Shown: piece by piece, positions 17,615 to 26,886 of the stretch
Layout: each line of letters begins with the position of its first letter
Position numbering within the stretch: the first letter of the stretch is position 1
Source of the DNA: a virus
Strand: one strand, 5' to 3'
DNA length: 64,000 nt
Virus record (IMG/VR): IMGVR_UViG_3300044818_000015
Coordinates: 1 to 64,000 of that record
Made by a program: the position numbers and the translations under genes
Notes under the pieces: model-generated
What the model was told of the DNA's origin: nothing
The model's database searches: none
The model's input: the letters and a program-made list of their open reading frames with translations, nothing else

Positions 17615-19443
17615 AACTACACCTCGCGAGCAATCTAAGCCTGCCCGTAGACACGGTAACCCAGAGCCTGGCCATCCTGGCACGGAAAAGGGCGGGGAAG
17701 AGCTATCTGGCCCGCCGGTTTGCCGAGCAGCTTCTGGCATCCGACCAACAAGTCGTAATCGTGGACCCGAAAGGCGACTGGTGGGGTATCCGATCGAGCG
17801 CTGACGGCAAGAGCCCAGGCTTCCCGGTTGTAGTTTTAGGCGGGGAGCACGGAGACCTGCCGCTTGAAAAGACGGCCGCCGAAACCGTGGCGCGGCTGAT
17901 TGTAGAGGAGCGCGTCAGTGTCTTGCTGGACCTGAGCGAGTTCCGCAAGTCCGAAATAGCCCTGTTCCTGGGTGGCGACATCCGCCAGCACCGTGACGGC
18001 CTGCTTGAAATCATCTATCGCCTGAAGGCCAAGGAGGAGTTTCGGACTCCGGTGATGGTAATCGTCGACGAGGCGGACGCCATCGCGCCACAGCGGCCCT
18101 ATCCTGGCGAGGAACGCATGCTGGGGGCGATGTCCGATATCGTGCGCCGCGGCGGACAGCGGGGAATCGGCTCGATGTTAATAACGCAGAGATCGAGCGT
18201 GATCAATAAGGACGTGCTGACCCAGAGCCAGGTGATGATCGCGCTGCGCACCATCGCCAAGCTCGATCTCAACGCCATCATGGATTGGGTGGACGTGCAC
18301 GGGGTTCCGGAGCAGGGCAAGGTACTGAAAGCCTCCCTGCCGTCGCTGCCGACAGGGGACGCCTGGATGCTCTCGCCGGGCTGGCCGACCGACGCCGGCA
18401 TCTTCGAGCGGATCCACGGCCTGCCGATCAACACGTTCGATAGCGGCGCCACCCCGAAACCCGGTGAGAAGCGGATCAAGCCGCGAAATCTGGCCGACGT
18501 GGACCTGCCCGCGCTGCAGCGCCGCATGGCCGAGACCATTGAGCGCGTCAAAGCCGACGATCCGAAGATCCTGCGCCAGGAAATAGCCAAGCTCAAGGCG
18601 GAACTGGCGAAGAAGCCGGGGCCGAGCGGAACTGGGGTTCCGGTCAAAGTGGATCCCGCGGCCGTCGAACGCGCGGTGGCCGCCGCGATCGCCAAGACGG
18701 CCGGCGCCGCGCAAAAGGAGATGGCGCGGATACTGAAGCCTATTCGGGACGCCATGCAGACCGCAGTAGGGCTGCTTGGCAGGGCGGCGCGCGAGATCGA
18801 GGCGGCCTTACCTCCGGAGTCTGTGACTCTGAAGGTAAGCGTGGATTTGCCGCAGCCCGACCATATTTCCCGATCGGTGAATATGGTCCCACCTCCCCAT
18901 CAGCCACATCAGAACAGGAGGCCGCCCGTTACCCGAGATCCGAAGCCCGCCGGCGACGGCCCGCCAGAGAGCCTTTCGAAGATGCAGCGCACGATGTTGA
19001 CTGCGCTCGCGCAGCATCCGGAAGGGCTCACGAAAGCCCAGCTTCTCCTGCATGCGGATTACTCGGCCAACGGATCGACCTCGCGAACCTTTGCCGAATT
19101 CGCGCGGTTTGGGTGGGCAATGGCAAGCCAGGGGAAGGTTGTGATCACGGCCGAGGGGCTGGCGAGCCTTGGTGAATACGAGCCGCTGCCGGTTGGTGAT
19201 GATCTTCGCCGGCATCTTCTGACGTCTCCTAAACTATCGACGATGGAAAAGGCGCTGTTGGGGCAACTGTGTGAGAGATACCCCGATTCAGTGCCCAAAG
19301 GACTACTCCTTCAGCTCGCACGCTATTCCGCCAACGGGTCAACCTCCCGCGCCTTCGCCAGGCTAGTGCGATTCGGGTACGTGACGGGCTCCGGATCGGG
19401 GATGTTGCGGGCCGCGGATGTTCTATTCCTGGAGGGCCAATGA
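17611..19443 (+). CDS. HerA/DUF87-like P-loop ATPase with tandem C-terminal winged-helix repeats
   Basis: AILARKRAGKS Walker A, IVDPKGD, IVDEAD Walker B, RGGQRGIG..LITQR; two YSANGSTSR repeats. Confidence 0.88.
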   Translation: MKLHLASNLSLPVDTVTQSLAILARKRAGKSYLARRFAEQLLASDQQVVIVDPKGDWWGIRSSADGKSPGFPVVVLGGEHGDLPLEKTAAETVARLIVEERVSVLLDLSEFRKSEIALFLGGDIRQHRDGLLEIIYRLKAKEEFRTPVMVIVDEADAIAPQRPYPGEERMLGAMSDIVRRGGQRGIGSMLITQRSSVINKDVLTQSQVMIALRTIAKLDLNAIMDWVDVHGVPEQGKVLKASLPSLPTGDAWMLSPGWPTDAGIFERIHGLPINTFDSGATPKPGEKRIKPRNLADVDLPALQRRMAETIERVKADDPKILRQEIAKLKAELAKKPGPSGTGVPVKVDPAAVERAVAAAIAKTAGAAQKEMARILKPIRDAMQTAVGLLGRAAREIEAALPPESVTLKVSVDLPQPDHISRSVNMVPPPHQPHQNRRPPVTRDPKPAGDGPPESLSKMQRTMLTALAQHPEGLTKAQLLLHADYSANGSTSRTFAEFARFGWAMASQGKVVITAEGLASLGEYEPLPVGDDLRRHLLTSPKLSTMEKALLGQLCERYPDSVPKGLLLQLARYSANGSTSRAFARLVRFGYVTGSGSGMLRAADVLFLEGQ

Positions 19444-19733
19444 TGGACGCGGAACAACTAACCCATCTCGCCGCGACGGAGGCGATGACTCCCGAGGGGC
19501 AGAAATTCGAGCTAGCCATGGTGCTCGATGTCCATTGTGCGATGATCCTCGCCGCCCAACTACAGTTGGCTCTGCGGCATCCGCATAACCAGGCCGGCCG
19601 GCAGCTTGGGGTAGTGCGGCAGTTTATCGACGGCGTGATTGCCAGATTCGAGGAAGCGGGCCTGGTGGCGTGCGCCACGCTGGCCAGGGCGGGGGACAAT
19701 CCGGAGATGGACACCTGGGAGATGGACACATGA
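19440..19733 (+). CDS. hypothetical protein
   Basis: QLQLALRHPHN motif; coupled. Confidence 0.7.
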   Translation: MMDAEQLTHLAATEAMTPEGQKFELAMVLDVHCAMILAAQLQLALRHPHNQAGRQLGVVRQFIDGVIARFEEAGLVACATLARAGDNPEMDTWEMDT

Positions 19734-19918
19734 ATCATTTTCCAAAGCTACAGGTTCTGATATTCCTTGCCTGGGTAGTCCTCTCCTGCTGGCAAAACTC
19801 CATCATTCGCGAGCAGAACAGGCTACTCGTCCGCTATCAGGGACAGGCGAACGAGCTGGCCGAGCTTGACGTGAAGGTGCAAGACGCGGCGCGAATCTGC
19901 GGCGCACTCTCCAAATGA
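19730..19918 (+). CDS. small membrane-anchored protein
   Basis: N-terminal hydrophobic helix plus coiled coil; coupled. Confidence 0.55.
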   Translation: MNHFPKLQVLIFLAWVVLSCWQNSIIREQNRLLVRYQGQANELAELDVKVQDAARICGALSK

Positions 19919-19968
19919 GATATAGGAATTGTCCGGAGTTATAGAGAAAAGAGAAGAAGGGAACACGC

Positions 19969-20304
19969 ATGGTCAAACTAACTAACGAGCTGATAGCCGC
20001 AGCAATTCTCGGCTTTGAGGAACAGAAGCGCCGGATCGACGGGCAGATCGAGGAGTTACGGAGCCTGCAGGCCGGCAGTCCCGCCGCCCCGAAGGAGCCA
20101 GAGCGAGCGCGTAAGATGACAGCAGCCGGCCGCAAGGCCATCGCTCAGGCCCAGAAGGACCGATGGGCGAAAATCCATGCGGCGAAGGCCGCGGCGGCCG
20201 AGCCGCCGGTGAAGAAGCGCACTCTCACAGCCAAGGGCCGGCGAAACATCATCGCCGCGCTCAAGAAGCGGCACGCGATGAAACGGATGGCCGCGGGGGC
20301 CTAA
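19969..20304 (+). CDS. basic putative DNA-binding protein (Acidobacteria-type)
   Basis: EL..AAILGFEEQKRRIDGQIEELR coiled coil, then two RKMTAAGRKAIAQAQKDRW-like motifs. Confidence 0.75.
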   Translation: MVKLTNELIAAAILGFEEQKRRIDGQIEELRSLQAGSPAAPKEPERARKMTAAGRKAIAQAQKDRWAKIHAAKAAAAEPPVKKRTLTAKGRRNIIAALKKRHAMKRMAAGA

Positions 20305-20456
20305 ACTTATGCCGTCCTGGCTTCCCACTGACGATTACGCCAGGCCAACCGCTTGCGCGCGCTCCTGATGCACTGGACCCCGCCCTATCACTGGTCGGTG
20401 CGTGTAAGCCGCGGGATAGTGGTGGTGATGAAGTTGAAACCATGGAAACCCATCAT

Positions 20457-20711
20457 ATGAAACAACGATTTCTACGCGGAGTACGGCAACTCCGGCTGGT
20501 GATGCTCGGATCGTCGCTGGTGATGGTCGGCTTCTGCGCCGGCCGCTGGACTCATGGAGATCTCGCCGTCGAGCTGGCGACGGCTGCGTACCTCGGCAAC
20601 GCGGTGTTATGGGCGTGGTTCCTCTGGCGCGATCACCGCCGCGATGATGCCGATCTCCGCGCCGGCCTGCGGGACTCGGCCCGTTCGTTTCGAGGCGAAC
20701 CCTACCAATGA
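20457..20711 (+). CDS. small two-TM membrane protein
   Basis: Two hydrophobic segments; coupled to the next gene. Confidence 0.5.
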   Translation: MKQRFLRGVRQLRLVMLGSSLVMVGFCAGRWTHGDLAVELATAAYLGNAVLWAWFLWRDHRRDDADLRAGLRDSARSFRGEPYQ

Positions 20712-20992
20712 CCACAATTATCTGTTGGTGCAAGACGCTGGTCGACGTGGTGGACCGCAAGATTGCCGTGCACAACACGCCCGAGGGCGAACCATGCTCT
20801 CGCGGCAGCCAGGCCTACATCCCGCAGCGGATCCACGTCGGGCATCCGCGGGGGCAGGGAAAGCCGAGCGCCTCGTTCGAAGTGATGGGCGCCAAGCCGG
20901 TGGAAATAGACTGCCGCGGCTGCGGCGGGACTCACGACATGATCGAGCTGACCGGCAAGGTTCACCACCACGGCGCCCCGGAGTTCAATTGA
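20708..20992 (+). CDS. Zn-binding hypothetical protein
   Basis: CCWC, CRGCGGTH. Confidence 0.6.
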   Translation: MTTIICWCKTLVDVVDRKIAVHNTPEGEPCSRGSQAYIPQRIHVGHPRGQGKPSASFEVMGAKPVEIDCRGCGGTHDMIELTGKVHHHGAPEFN

Positions 20993-21600
20993 CCGACCAA
21001 CTTCTCAAGGGACTCGCCGCGCAGGTCGCCAACATGGCAAAGACGGAGCTCCGGTACCGGCACGAGCTCAACGGCATCCTGGCGAGCTATCACGAGGGCG
21101 AGGGGCTGCACCGGATGCGCAAGATCGAACTGATGGTGCAGGGGGTCGCCGGTAAGGACTGGCTCAACCACGATCACGCCAAGGATATGCTCTTCGCCGT
21201 CCTGCGGGTCGCGAATCTGCGCCATGCGGCCGGTGTGACGATGCCCGACGCCCTGGTGATCGCGACGGCCGGCGATGCCTATCTGACCAATGACGCCTAC
21301 GCCGCGCTATCGGACGCGGAGCGAGCGGCACTTGAAGATCTCCTCGACCGGGGCGAGACGCATCGCCGCGATCATCCCAAGTATTTCGACACCTGGGAGT
21401 GTCTCTCGGTCGTGTCGCAGTCGGCGGATCGCGTCTGTATCTACCACCAGAAGTTTGAGCGCGGCCTGCTCATCGGCGAGCCGAAGATCGACTTCTTCGA
21501 CCAATCCCAGTTCTCCGGCCGTCTGAAACTCTACGGCGTCGATCCACCGCCCGAAGTACTGCGCGCCGTCGAGAAGCGCAAGCAGCAGCGCACCCCATAA
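20989..21600 (+). CDS. hypothetical protein
   Basis: TTG start overlapping the upstream stop; globular composition. Confidence 0.7.
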   Translation: MTDQLLKGLAAQVANMAKTELRYRHELNGILASYHEGEGLHRMRKIELMVQGVAGKDWLNHDHAKDMLFAVLRVANLRHAAGVTMPDALVIATAGDAYLTNDAYAALSDAERAALEDLLDRGETHRRDHPKYFDTWECLSVVSQSADRVCIYHQKFERGLLIGEPKIDFFDQSQFSGRLKLYGVDPPPEVLRAVEKRKQQRTP

Positions 21601-21720
21601 TCCGCCGCACTCCTACCCCTCGGACCCCCTCCGCGATTCGTCCTGGCCTCTCCCAGCGCCGGGAAACTACCCGAAAATGCGGTTATGGGCGGATACTGGA
21701 CACCAGGGAGAATTTTCACC

Positions 21721-22014
21721 ATGAAGGGTTTTATCATCATCCGGGGCTACTGCTTGTTCGCAGCAGGCATCAGCATCGGCACGTTCCAGCATCAAGCCGA
21801 CGACACTTATCGGCTCAACCTCAACCCGGGTCTCGGGACGTTGGCGGCGAAGCCGGGCCCGGGCCAACTGCCGCTCTACATCGACGCGCCGGTGGCCGAA
21901 TGGACCCCCGCGCTCAAGACCGCGCCCGAAATGGCGCTGGGCTTCCGAACGTTGGTCGCCGCGCAAACGCGCTTGAGTAAGGGGGCGACCAAAGCCAGGA
22001 CGGCCGGAAGCTAG
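21721..22014 (+). CDS. hypothetical protein
   Basis: GGAG RBS. Confidence 0.55.
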   Translation: MKGFIIIRGYCLFAAGISIGTFQHQADDTYRLNLNPGLGTLAAKPGPGQLPLYIDAPVAEWTPALKTAPEMALGFRTLVAAQTRLSKGATKARTAGS

Positions 22015-22126
22015 GGCCTAAATGAGAAACGCCGCCCCGGAGGGAGGCGGCGCCAAGAAGAGAGTCGGAAACTTAAACAATGCGGACGCGAACAAGCCAA
22101 GTATGGCACAGGCGGGCATCGACGGC

Positions 22127-22411
22127 ATGCGCCACACCATAGAGTTCAAAGCGTCGGGCCGCGGCAAGGCGCAATGTCCGCCCAATCCCGACTTTCCGCA
22201 CGGGATCGCACTCGATGCCACCACGTCCGGCGGACCAAACTGCACCGTTAGGCTCCCCTATCCCGCGCCCGAATGTGGGATGTGGGTCATTCATTGCAAG
22301 GAGTGTCCCACGTCGGTAGCGGTCACGGCAGTGGGCCGAGTCGATGATCCGATCAGCATCAAAATGGAATGCAGCGCGCAGGCTGACGGCACACCGCCCG
22401 TGCCAAGATGA
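22127..22411 (+). CDS. Cys-rich hypothetical protein
   Basis: CPPNPDFPHG..LPYPAPECG..HCKEC. Confidence 0.65.
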   Translation: MRHTIEFKASGRGKAQCPPNPDFPHGIALDATTSGGPNCTVRLPYPAPECGMWVIHCKECPTSVAVTAVGRVDDPISIKMECSAQADGTPPVPR

Positions 22412-22592
22412 TGAGTAAGCCGTGGAGATAATAGCCTCTCGCGGAAAACGGCATGCGCTCTCTCTACCCGGTGTTGTGCCGGATGCGTCGGCGAAGCTCG
22501 GACCGTACGGCGAAGTCCCGGGCCCCTGGCGGCGGACGCACCGCGCGGGTCCACACGCCGGGTTACCGGGGCGCTGAAGAACGGAGTCGACC

Positions 22593-22796
22593 ATGGATCC
22601 AGACGAACGCAAGTGGCTGCAATCGGCGATTGAAGCCGCCCAAGAGGCATCGCAGAAGAACGTCACCGTCTTGCTCGTGCGGCGGAATGAAAACGAGGCC
22701 GATCTCCTCGTGACGAACGCCAATAATTCCGAGGCCATCGCCGGCATGGCGCTGGCAATGAACGGGCCAGGCGAGGTGTGCAGCTCGGAAGGATGA
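22593..22796 (+). CDS. hypothetical protein
   Basis: GGAG RBS. Confidence 0.55.
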   Translation: MDPDERKWLQSAIEAAQEASQKNVTVLLVRRNENEADLLVTNANNSEAIAGMALAMNGPGEVCSSEG

Positions 22797-23257
22797 GGCT
22801 TCCCGTCGTCAACAAAACCGCCTGGGTGAACCCGGGCAACCGTCCGGACCGCACCACGGCGCGCGGCACGTCCATTGGATCGAGCCTGCGCGCCTCGATC
22901 GGCGGTAAAGCGGTCCACATGACGGCGCCGGGGATCGCAGCAGTCATGACGGCGCCGCGGATGTTCGCGCCGGCAGCGCTCGCGCCCCTCGCACCGCCCG
23001 AGCTCGCGCCACCGAAGCTGCGCCGCCGGCCGCAGCCCCCGATCGGCGTCGTGCGTGTCGATTGGACGCCCGCGTCCATCGCGCCCTCGGTACCGAAACC
23101 GCGCGCGGCCAGGCCGACCGGCCCGTCTCCGTTCTGCCCCTGGCCGCGCATAGAGCCGTCACGTCCGAGCATGTGTCCCCGTTGCGGCCTGTGGTTCGAG
23201 AGCCGGAAGCCGCGAGGGCGTCATCAGTTTACCTGCTCAATGGAAGGGGCGGACTGA
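22793..23257 (+). CDS. Pro-rich hypothetical protein
   Basis: ATGA coupling; C-terminal CPRC. Confidence 0.45.
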   Translation: MRLPVVNKTAWVNPGNRPDRTTARGTSIGSSLRASIGGKAVHMTAPGIAAVMTAPRMFAPAALAPLAPPELAPPKLRRRPQPPIGVVRVDWTPASIAPSVPKPRAARPTGPSPFCPWPRIEPSRPSMCPRCGLWFESRKPRGRHQFTCSMEGAD

Positions 23258-23261
23258 GTTT

Positions 23262-23489
23262 ATGATCATCGGCAGTTGGGACATTCAACCGCTCGGCGTT
23301 CGGCAGGCCGCCTACTGGCATGAGCCGGGCACTCCACCAGGAAATCTGCAGCCTTATGTCCCGATCCGAGAGGCCACACACGAGGAATGGCTGGCTGAGG
23401 CCCGCGAGCGTGCGGCGTTTCAAGGCCGCCCGCTCCCGCCGCTTGACCACGAGCGTTGCACCTACTACTACGAGATCTCGACGGACTGA
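23262..23489 (+). CDS. hypothetical protein
   Basis: IREATHEEW...YYEISTD. Confidence 0.6.
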   Translation: MIIGSWDIQPLGVRQAAYWHEPGTPPGNLQPYVPIREATHEEWLAEARERAAFQGRPLPPLDHERCTYYYEISTD

Positions 23490-23492
23490 CCT

Positions 23493-24779
23493 ATGCCCGA
23501 CGTCTGCATCCCGCCCGATTACGACACCTTCCGCCCGCCGGGCGTGTGGCAATCCTACGCGGATCCAGTCTTCGGCACGTCCATCAAGCGGATCTCGGAC
23601 GCCATGGCGACCTCGAGCTACACCGGCGATCGAAAACTGTGGTGGATCAGCGACGAGTACTCGACAGCGAGCCCGTTCAATCTCGATAACTCGAAGATCC
23701 TCCTGGTTCACGAGAGCATCTTCGCCCTCTACGACGGCGACGGCCGCTTTCTCCGCTACCTGGACGTGGAGCTCAACGCCTCGAGCGAGCCGCGCTGGTC
23801 GCGGCACGACGCTGAGATCCTCTTCTACTGCCGGAGTAACCAGCTCAAGCGCCTGAACGTGGTCACGGGCGAAAAAGCCGTGATTCGGACCTTCAAGGAA
23901 TACGAGGAGATCACGGGCAAGGGCGAATCGGACATCTCGGCCGATGGCGATCGTATGGTTTTCGCCGGCGACAGGCGCTATGTGTTCGTCTACGACCTGG
24001 CCGCGGATAAGTGCTCCCCACCCTTCGACACGATGGGCAACGCCTTCGATAGCCTCTATATTTCGGCGTCGTCGGACGATAACGAGGTCACCATCACCTG
24101 GGACCAGGCGGGGACGGCGCGCCTCACCGGGATCGAGCTCTTCGACGGCCGCGACATGAAGTTTATCCGTCAGCTCACCCGAGCCGGCGGCCACATGGAC
24201 ATCACCACGGACGATAACGGCGCCTGTCTGGTCTGGTGCAATGCGAACGACCCTAAGCCGATCGCGCCCAACGCCGTGGTGAAAGTCCCATTGGTGGGAT
24301 CCAAACAATCGGTCCTGGCGGAGTTCGATTGGAGTCTGGCGGTGCACGTCTCCGCGCCCGATATGGCGGGGTTTGTCTACGTCGAAACCTACGCGCCCAG
24401 CAATCCGATTTCGTCGGACTGGAAGCCGTACACCAACGAGCTTTTGAAGGTGGCGCTCGATGGTTCGGGCGTCACCCGCCTGGCGCACCATCGCTCGAGG
24501 TCCTTCCGCGGGAACAAGTACAACTGGCAGCCGCGGATGAGTTGCAGCCGGGATGGATCGAGGATCGTATTCAATTCGGACTTCAACTTAGAGGTGGTCC
24601 TCGACTATCCGGAGCAATACTGCGACGTGTATATGATCGGCGCCGCCGCGCCCGCGATCGACGCGCCGGTGAGTACGGAGGCCCAGGCGGCGGGTTTCTT
24701 TGGGCGCCGCTCGAAGCCGGTAGCCAAGCCCGGTTTCGGACCGCGCGCGCGGCCACGCGGCGAGCCTGTTAAGATTTGA
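23493..24779 (+). CDS. TolB/PD40-like beta-propeller protein
   Basis: YADPVFGTSIKRI, EPRWSR, SADGDR, RLAHHRS, SRDGSRIVFNSD. Confidence 0.8.
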   Translation: MPDVCIPPDYDTFRPPGVWQSYADPVFGTSIKRISDAMATSSYTGDRKLWWISDEYSTASPFNLDNSKILLVHESIFALYDGDGRFLRYLDVELNASSEPRWSRHDAEILFYCRSNQLKRLNVVTGEKAVIRTFKEYEEITGKGESDISADGDRMVFAGDRRYVFVYDLAADKCSPPFDTMGNAFDSLYISASSDDNEVTITWDQAGTARLTGIELFDGRDMKFIRQLTRAGGHMDITTDDNGACLVWCNANDPKPIAPNAVVKVPLVGSKQSVLAEFDWSLAVHVSAPDMAGFVYVETYAPSNPISSDWKPYTNELLKVALDGSGVTRLAHHRSRSFRGNKYNWQPRMSCSRDGSRIVFNSDFNLEVVLDYPEQYCDVYMIGAAAPAIDAPVSTEAQAAGFFGRRSKPVAKPGFGPRARPRGEPVKI

Positions 24780-24863
24780 AGGTCCATTCAAAAATAGCCA
24801 GCGCGATCGGGGATGGCAAATCTCGGGGGAGGTGGCTGTCCCGGGTCGCGCAAACCCTTTCAC

Positions 24864-25148
24864 TTAGGCTGACAACCCACATTTCCATTGACCACGTTTA
24901 AGGTGCGTCTCGGCCAGGAAGGCGGGGCAGGAGATTGACCCTGCCTTGCTGACGGGGTAGGCGTCGCTGGACTTCACTTCGCTCGCCTCGACCGCCACGC
25001 GCTGTGCTTCGCGGTCCCATAAGAGCCGCACGTAAGGAGTGTCGAGGAGCGTTCGGGCGCCCCGGTGCAGGGTTATAAAGCGGCGGCCGCAATATACCCT
25101 GATGCTGTTGTCCCTGCGGTTCTTGCCACCGAAAATCGTGTATGCCAT
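24864..25148 (-). CDS. hypothetical protein
   Basis: GGAGG RBS; beta-rich. Confidence 0.65.
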   Translation of the reverse strand: MAYTIFGGKNRRDNSIRVYCGRRFITLHRGARTLLDTPYVRLLWDREAQRVAVEASEVKSSDAYPVSKAGSISCPAFLAETHLKRGQWKCGLSA

Positions 25149-25163
25149 CGGAAGCCTCCCCTA

Positions 25164-25370
25164 TTAGGGTTTTCCTTTTTGGCGACTAATCCGTTTCCGC
25201 GCCCGCCAAGCGCATCGCTCCGAGCAGTATGTGGTCCGGGAATACGGGGACCGGATCGATACGCCGCATTCCGGACAGGTGACAAGCCGCGGACACCTGG
25301 GACAGGTTTTGAAATGCTCGACGATCTCAGCCGCGGTGAGCTTGGCGCCGCAGCGCCATCCGCACGGCAT
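25164..25370 (-). CDS. Zn-finger protein
   Basis: CGWRC..HFKTC, CPECG, YCSERC. Confidence 0.6.
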   Translation of the reverse strand: MPCGWRCGAKLTAAEIVEHFKTCPRCPRLVTCPECGVSIRSPYSRTTYCSERCAWRARKRISRQKGKP

Positions 25371-25548
25371 GCGGAGTTCTCGCGTCGAATGCTTCCCTGA
25401 TAGCGGCATTTGTCGGAGCCCTCCCTATTTTGAAAAAGCTGCAAGTCCGGGGCACGCGGAGCTTCTTTTTCGCCGGCCGCCTGCCAAACTCCGCCAGGAA
25501 ACACCAAACCGGCTTTTGCCGTGCCATCGATGCCGCTATCGCCAATGA

Positions 25549-25680
25549 AATCAAGGGATTGAGGCCAAAAAAGTGCGCCACGAACTTCAGTTCATGGCGC
25601 ACCCTTTTCGCTCGCGTAACCCCTTTGTTTGCGCTGCAGACACTGCAGCTTTTCAACCAGTTCGTGGCGCACCCCTTTTC
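25549..25680. promoter_or_regulatory. IHF-like site plus three 14-bp repeats (candidate att/res site)
   Basis: AATCAAGGGATTG 25549-25561 fits WATCAANNNNTTR; GTGCGCCACGAACT/AGTTCATGGCGCAC IR 25573-25602; AGTTCGTGGCGCAC 25659-25672. Confidence 0.55.
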
Positions 25681-25733
25681 CGCCCTTTTTGCCCCCTGGC
25701 CGGCGGTCCTTTACTCGAGCGGCTCATAGCGTC

Positions 25734-25901
25734 TCATCGTAGTGCCAGCCAGATCAAGGCCGCTGCCGCCACGTCCACCGCCACCAGCATCCAGAAGCGG
25801 CGCCGCCATCGATTCATCTCGACCCACGGAGAAAGTCCTTCGTCCTCCAGGTGGCGCAGGACGGCTGCGTGATCGGGGGCGTGCTCCTCAAATCTCATCA
25901 T
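25734..25901 (-). CDS. small C-terminally anchored membrane protein
   Basis: FWMLVAVDVAAAALIWLALR; coupled. Confidence 0.55.
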   Translation of the reverse strand: MMRFEEHAPDHAAVLRHLEDEGLSPWVEMNRWRRRFWMLVAVDVAAAALIWLALR

Positions 25902-26362
25902 CGGGCCTTCTTTCTTCGGGCACGGGCTGCGGTTTGCCCAGCGGGAGTATCCGCCGGACGAGTGTCCCAGTGAATGACGTGGCCGCGGAAAACGAAGGGA
26001 GCCTTCCGCTTCGCGTTGCCGTGCGTCAGCATCCAGAACCGCATCATAGCCTCGAACGATCTCCCTCGCGGGCAGTTGCGGAAGCCGTCGCGCCAGGCCA
26101 GATCGTTCTTCTCGTCGATCGACAATTCGACGCCCTCGATCACCACGCCAAAGGATCCGTCGCCGCGCTCGTAGATCTCGATGCCCTCCACCTTCGAGCA
26201 CGGCCACCTGCCCAAGAGCCGCATCGTCTTCTGACGTGGATCCACATAGCAGTGACAGGTTTCCCCGACACGCGGGGCAATCTTCCGCTCTCCACGTATG
26301 CTGTGACGCTTCGAGCCCTCCTCGACCAACGGCGCAAACTGGCGCTTAAATCCCAGGAGCAT
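25898..26362 (-). CDS. ASCH/PUA-like domain protein
   Basis: LLGFKRQFAPLVEEGSKRHSIR...LAWRDGF. Confidence 0.8.
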   Translation of the reverse strand: MLLGFKRQFAPLVEEGSKRHSIRGERKIAPRVGETCHCYVDPRQKTMRLLGRWPCSKVEGIEIYERGDGSFGVVIEGVELSIDEKNDLAWRDGFRNCPRGRSFEAMMRFWMLTHGNAKRKAPFVFRGHVIHWDTRPADTPAGQTAARARRKKAR

Positions 26363-26473
26363 CTCAGTGCTTCCTTCTTCTGTCGCCAGCCCAGCCGGCC
26401 AGCCAGATCACGCCGATTACCAGGAGCAACATGACCACTACGCCAATCACGATTCCGATCAAAAGTCTGTCCA

Positions 26474-26701
26474 TTACGCTTTTTCTCCTTCGGGCTCGTC
26501 TTGCGTTGCGGTGGGGGCGGTGGAAGTCGCCGGACGCTCAAAGCGTGCGGATATCGCGACGGCTTCGAGCACCACGCGAAGGTAATTGCCGCTGAGCGTG
26601 TGCACCAGGTTCCACAGATTGAGCGGGCAACTCAGGATGTGCAGTGCGCCGCGCCAGCCGGCATCGCCAAGCAGGCCGTGAGGGATCACGGGTGTTTTCA
26701 T
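26474..26701 (-). CDS. hypothetical protein
   Basis: ATGA coupling. Confidence 0.5.
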   Translation of the reverse strand: MKTPVIPHGLLGDAGWRGALHILSCPLNLWNLVHTLSGNYLRVVLEAVAISARFERPATSTAPTATQDEPEGEKA

Positions 26702-26886
26702 GAGAATTGCACCTCGCCGAACAGGCAGCACTGGAGGAACACGTCGCCCGTTGTCGCATCGTCATCCTCCTTGAGGAAGTCGGCGAAGGTCTTCGAGGCC
26801 GGATTGTCGCAGTTGTCGCAAACCACCAGGCCGTTCTTGATGGCGTGCAAGCGGCGCGCCCGCGCAATGATCTTAGCTATCGTCAT
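26698..26886 (-). CDS. small Zn-binding protein
   Basis: CDNCDNP...QCC; coupled. Confidence 0.55.
   Translation of the reverse strand: MTIAKIIARARRLHAIKNGLVVCDNCDNPASKTFADFLKEDDDATTGDVFLQCCLFGEVQFS

Noticed and set aside
12190-26540. CRISPR array or integron attC sites from the GCCCGAAGAA repeats
   Set aside because: Irregular spacing of hundreds to thousands of bp, no constant spacer length, no cas genes, no attC-type palindromic ends.
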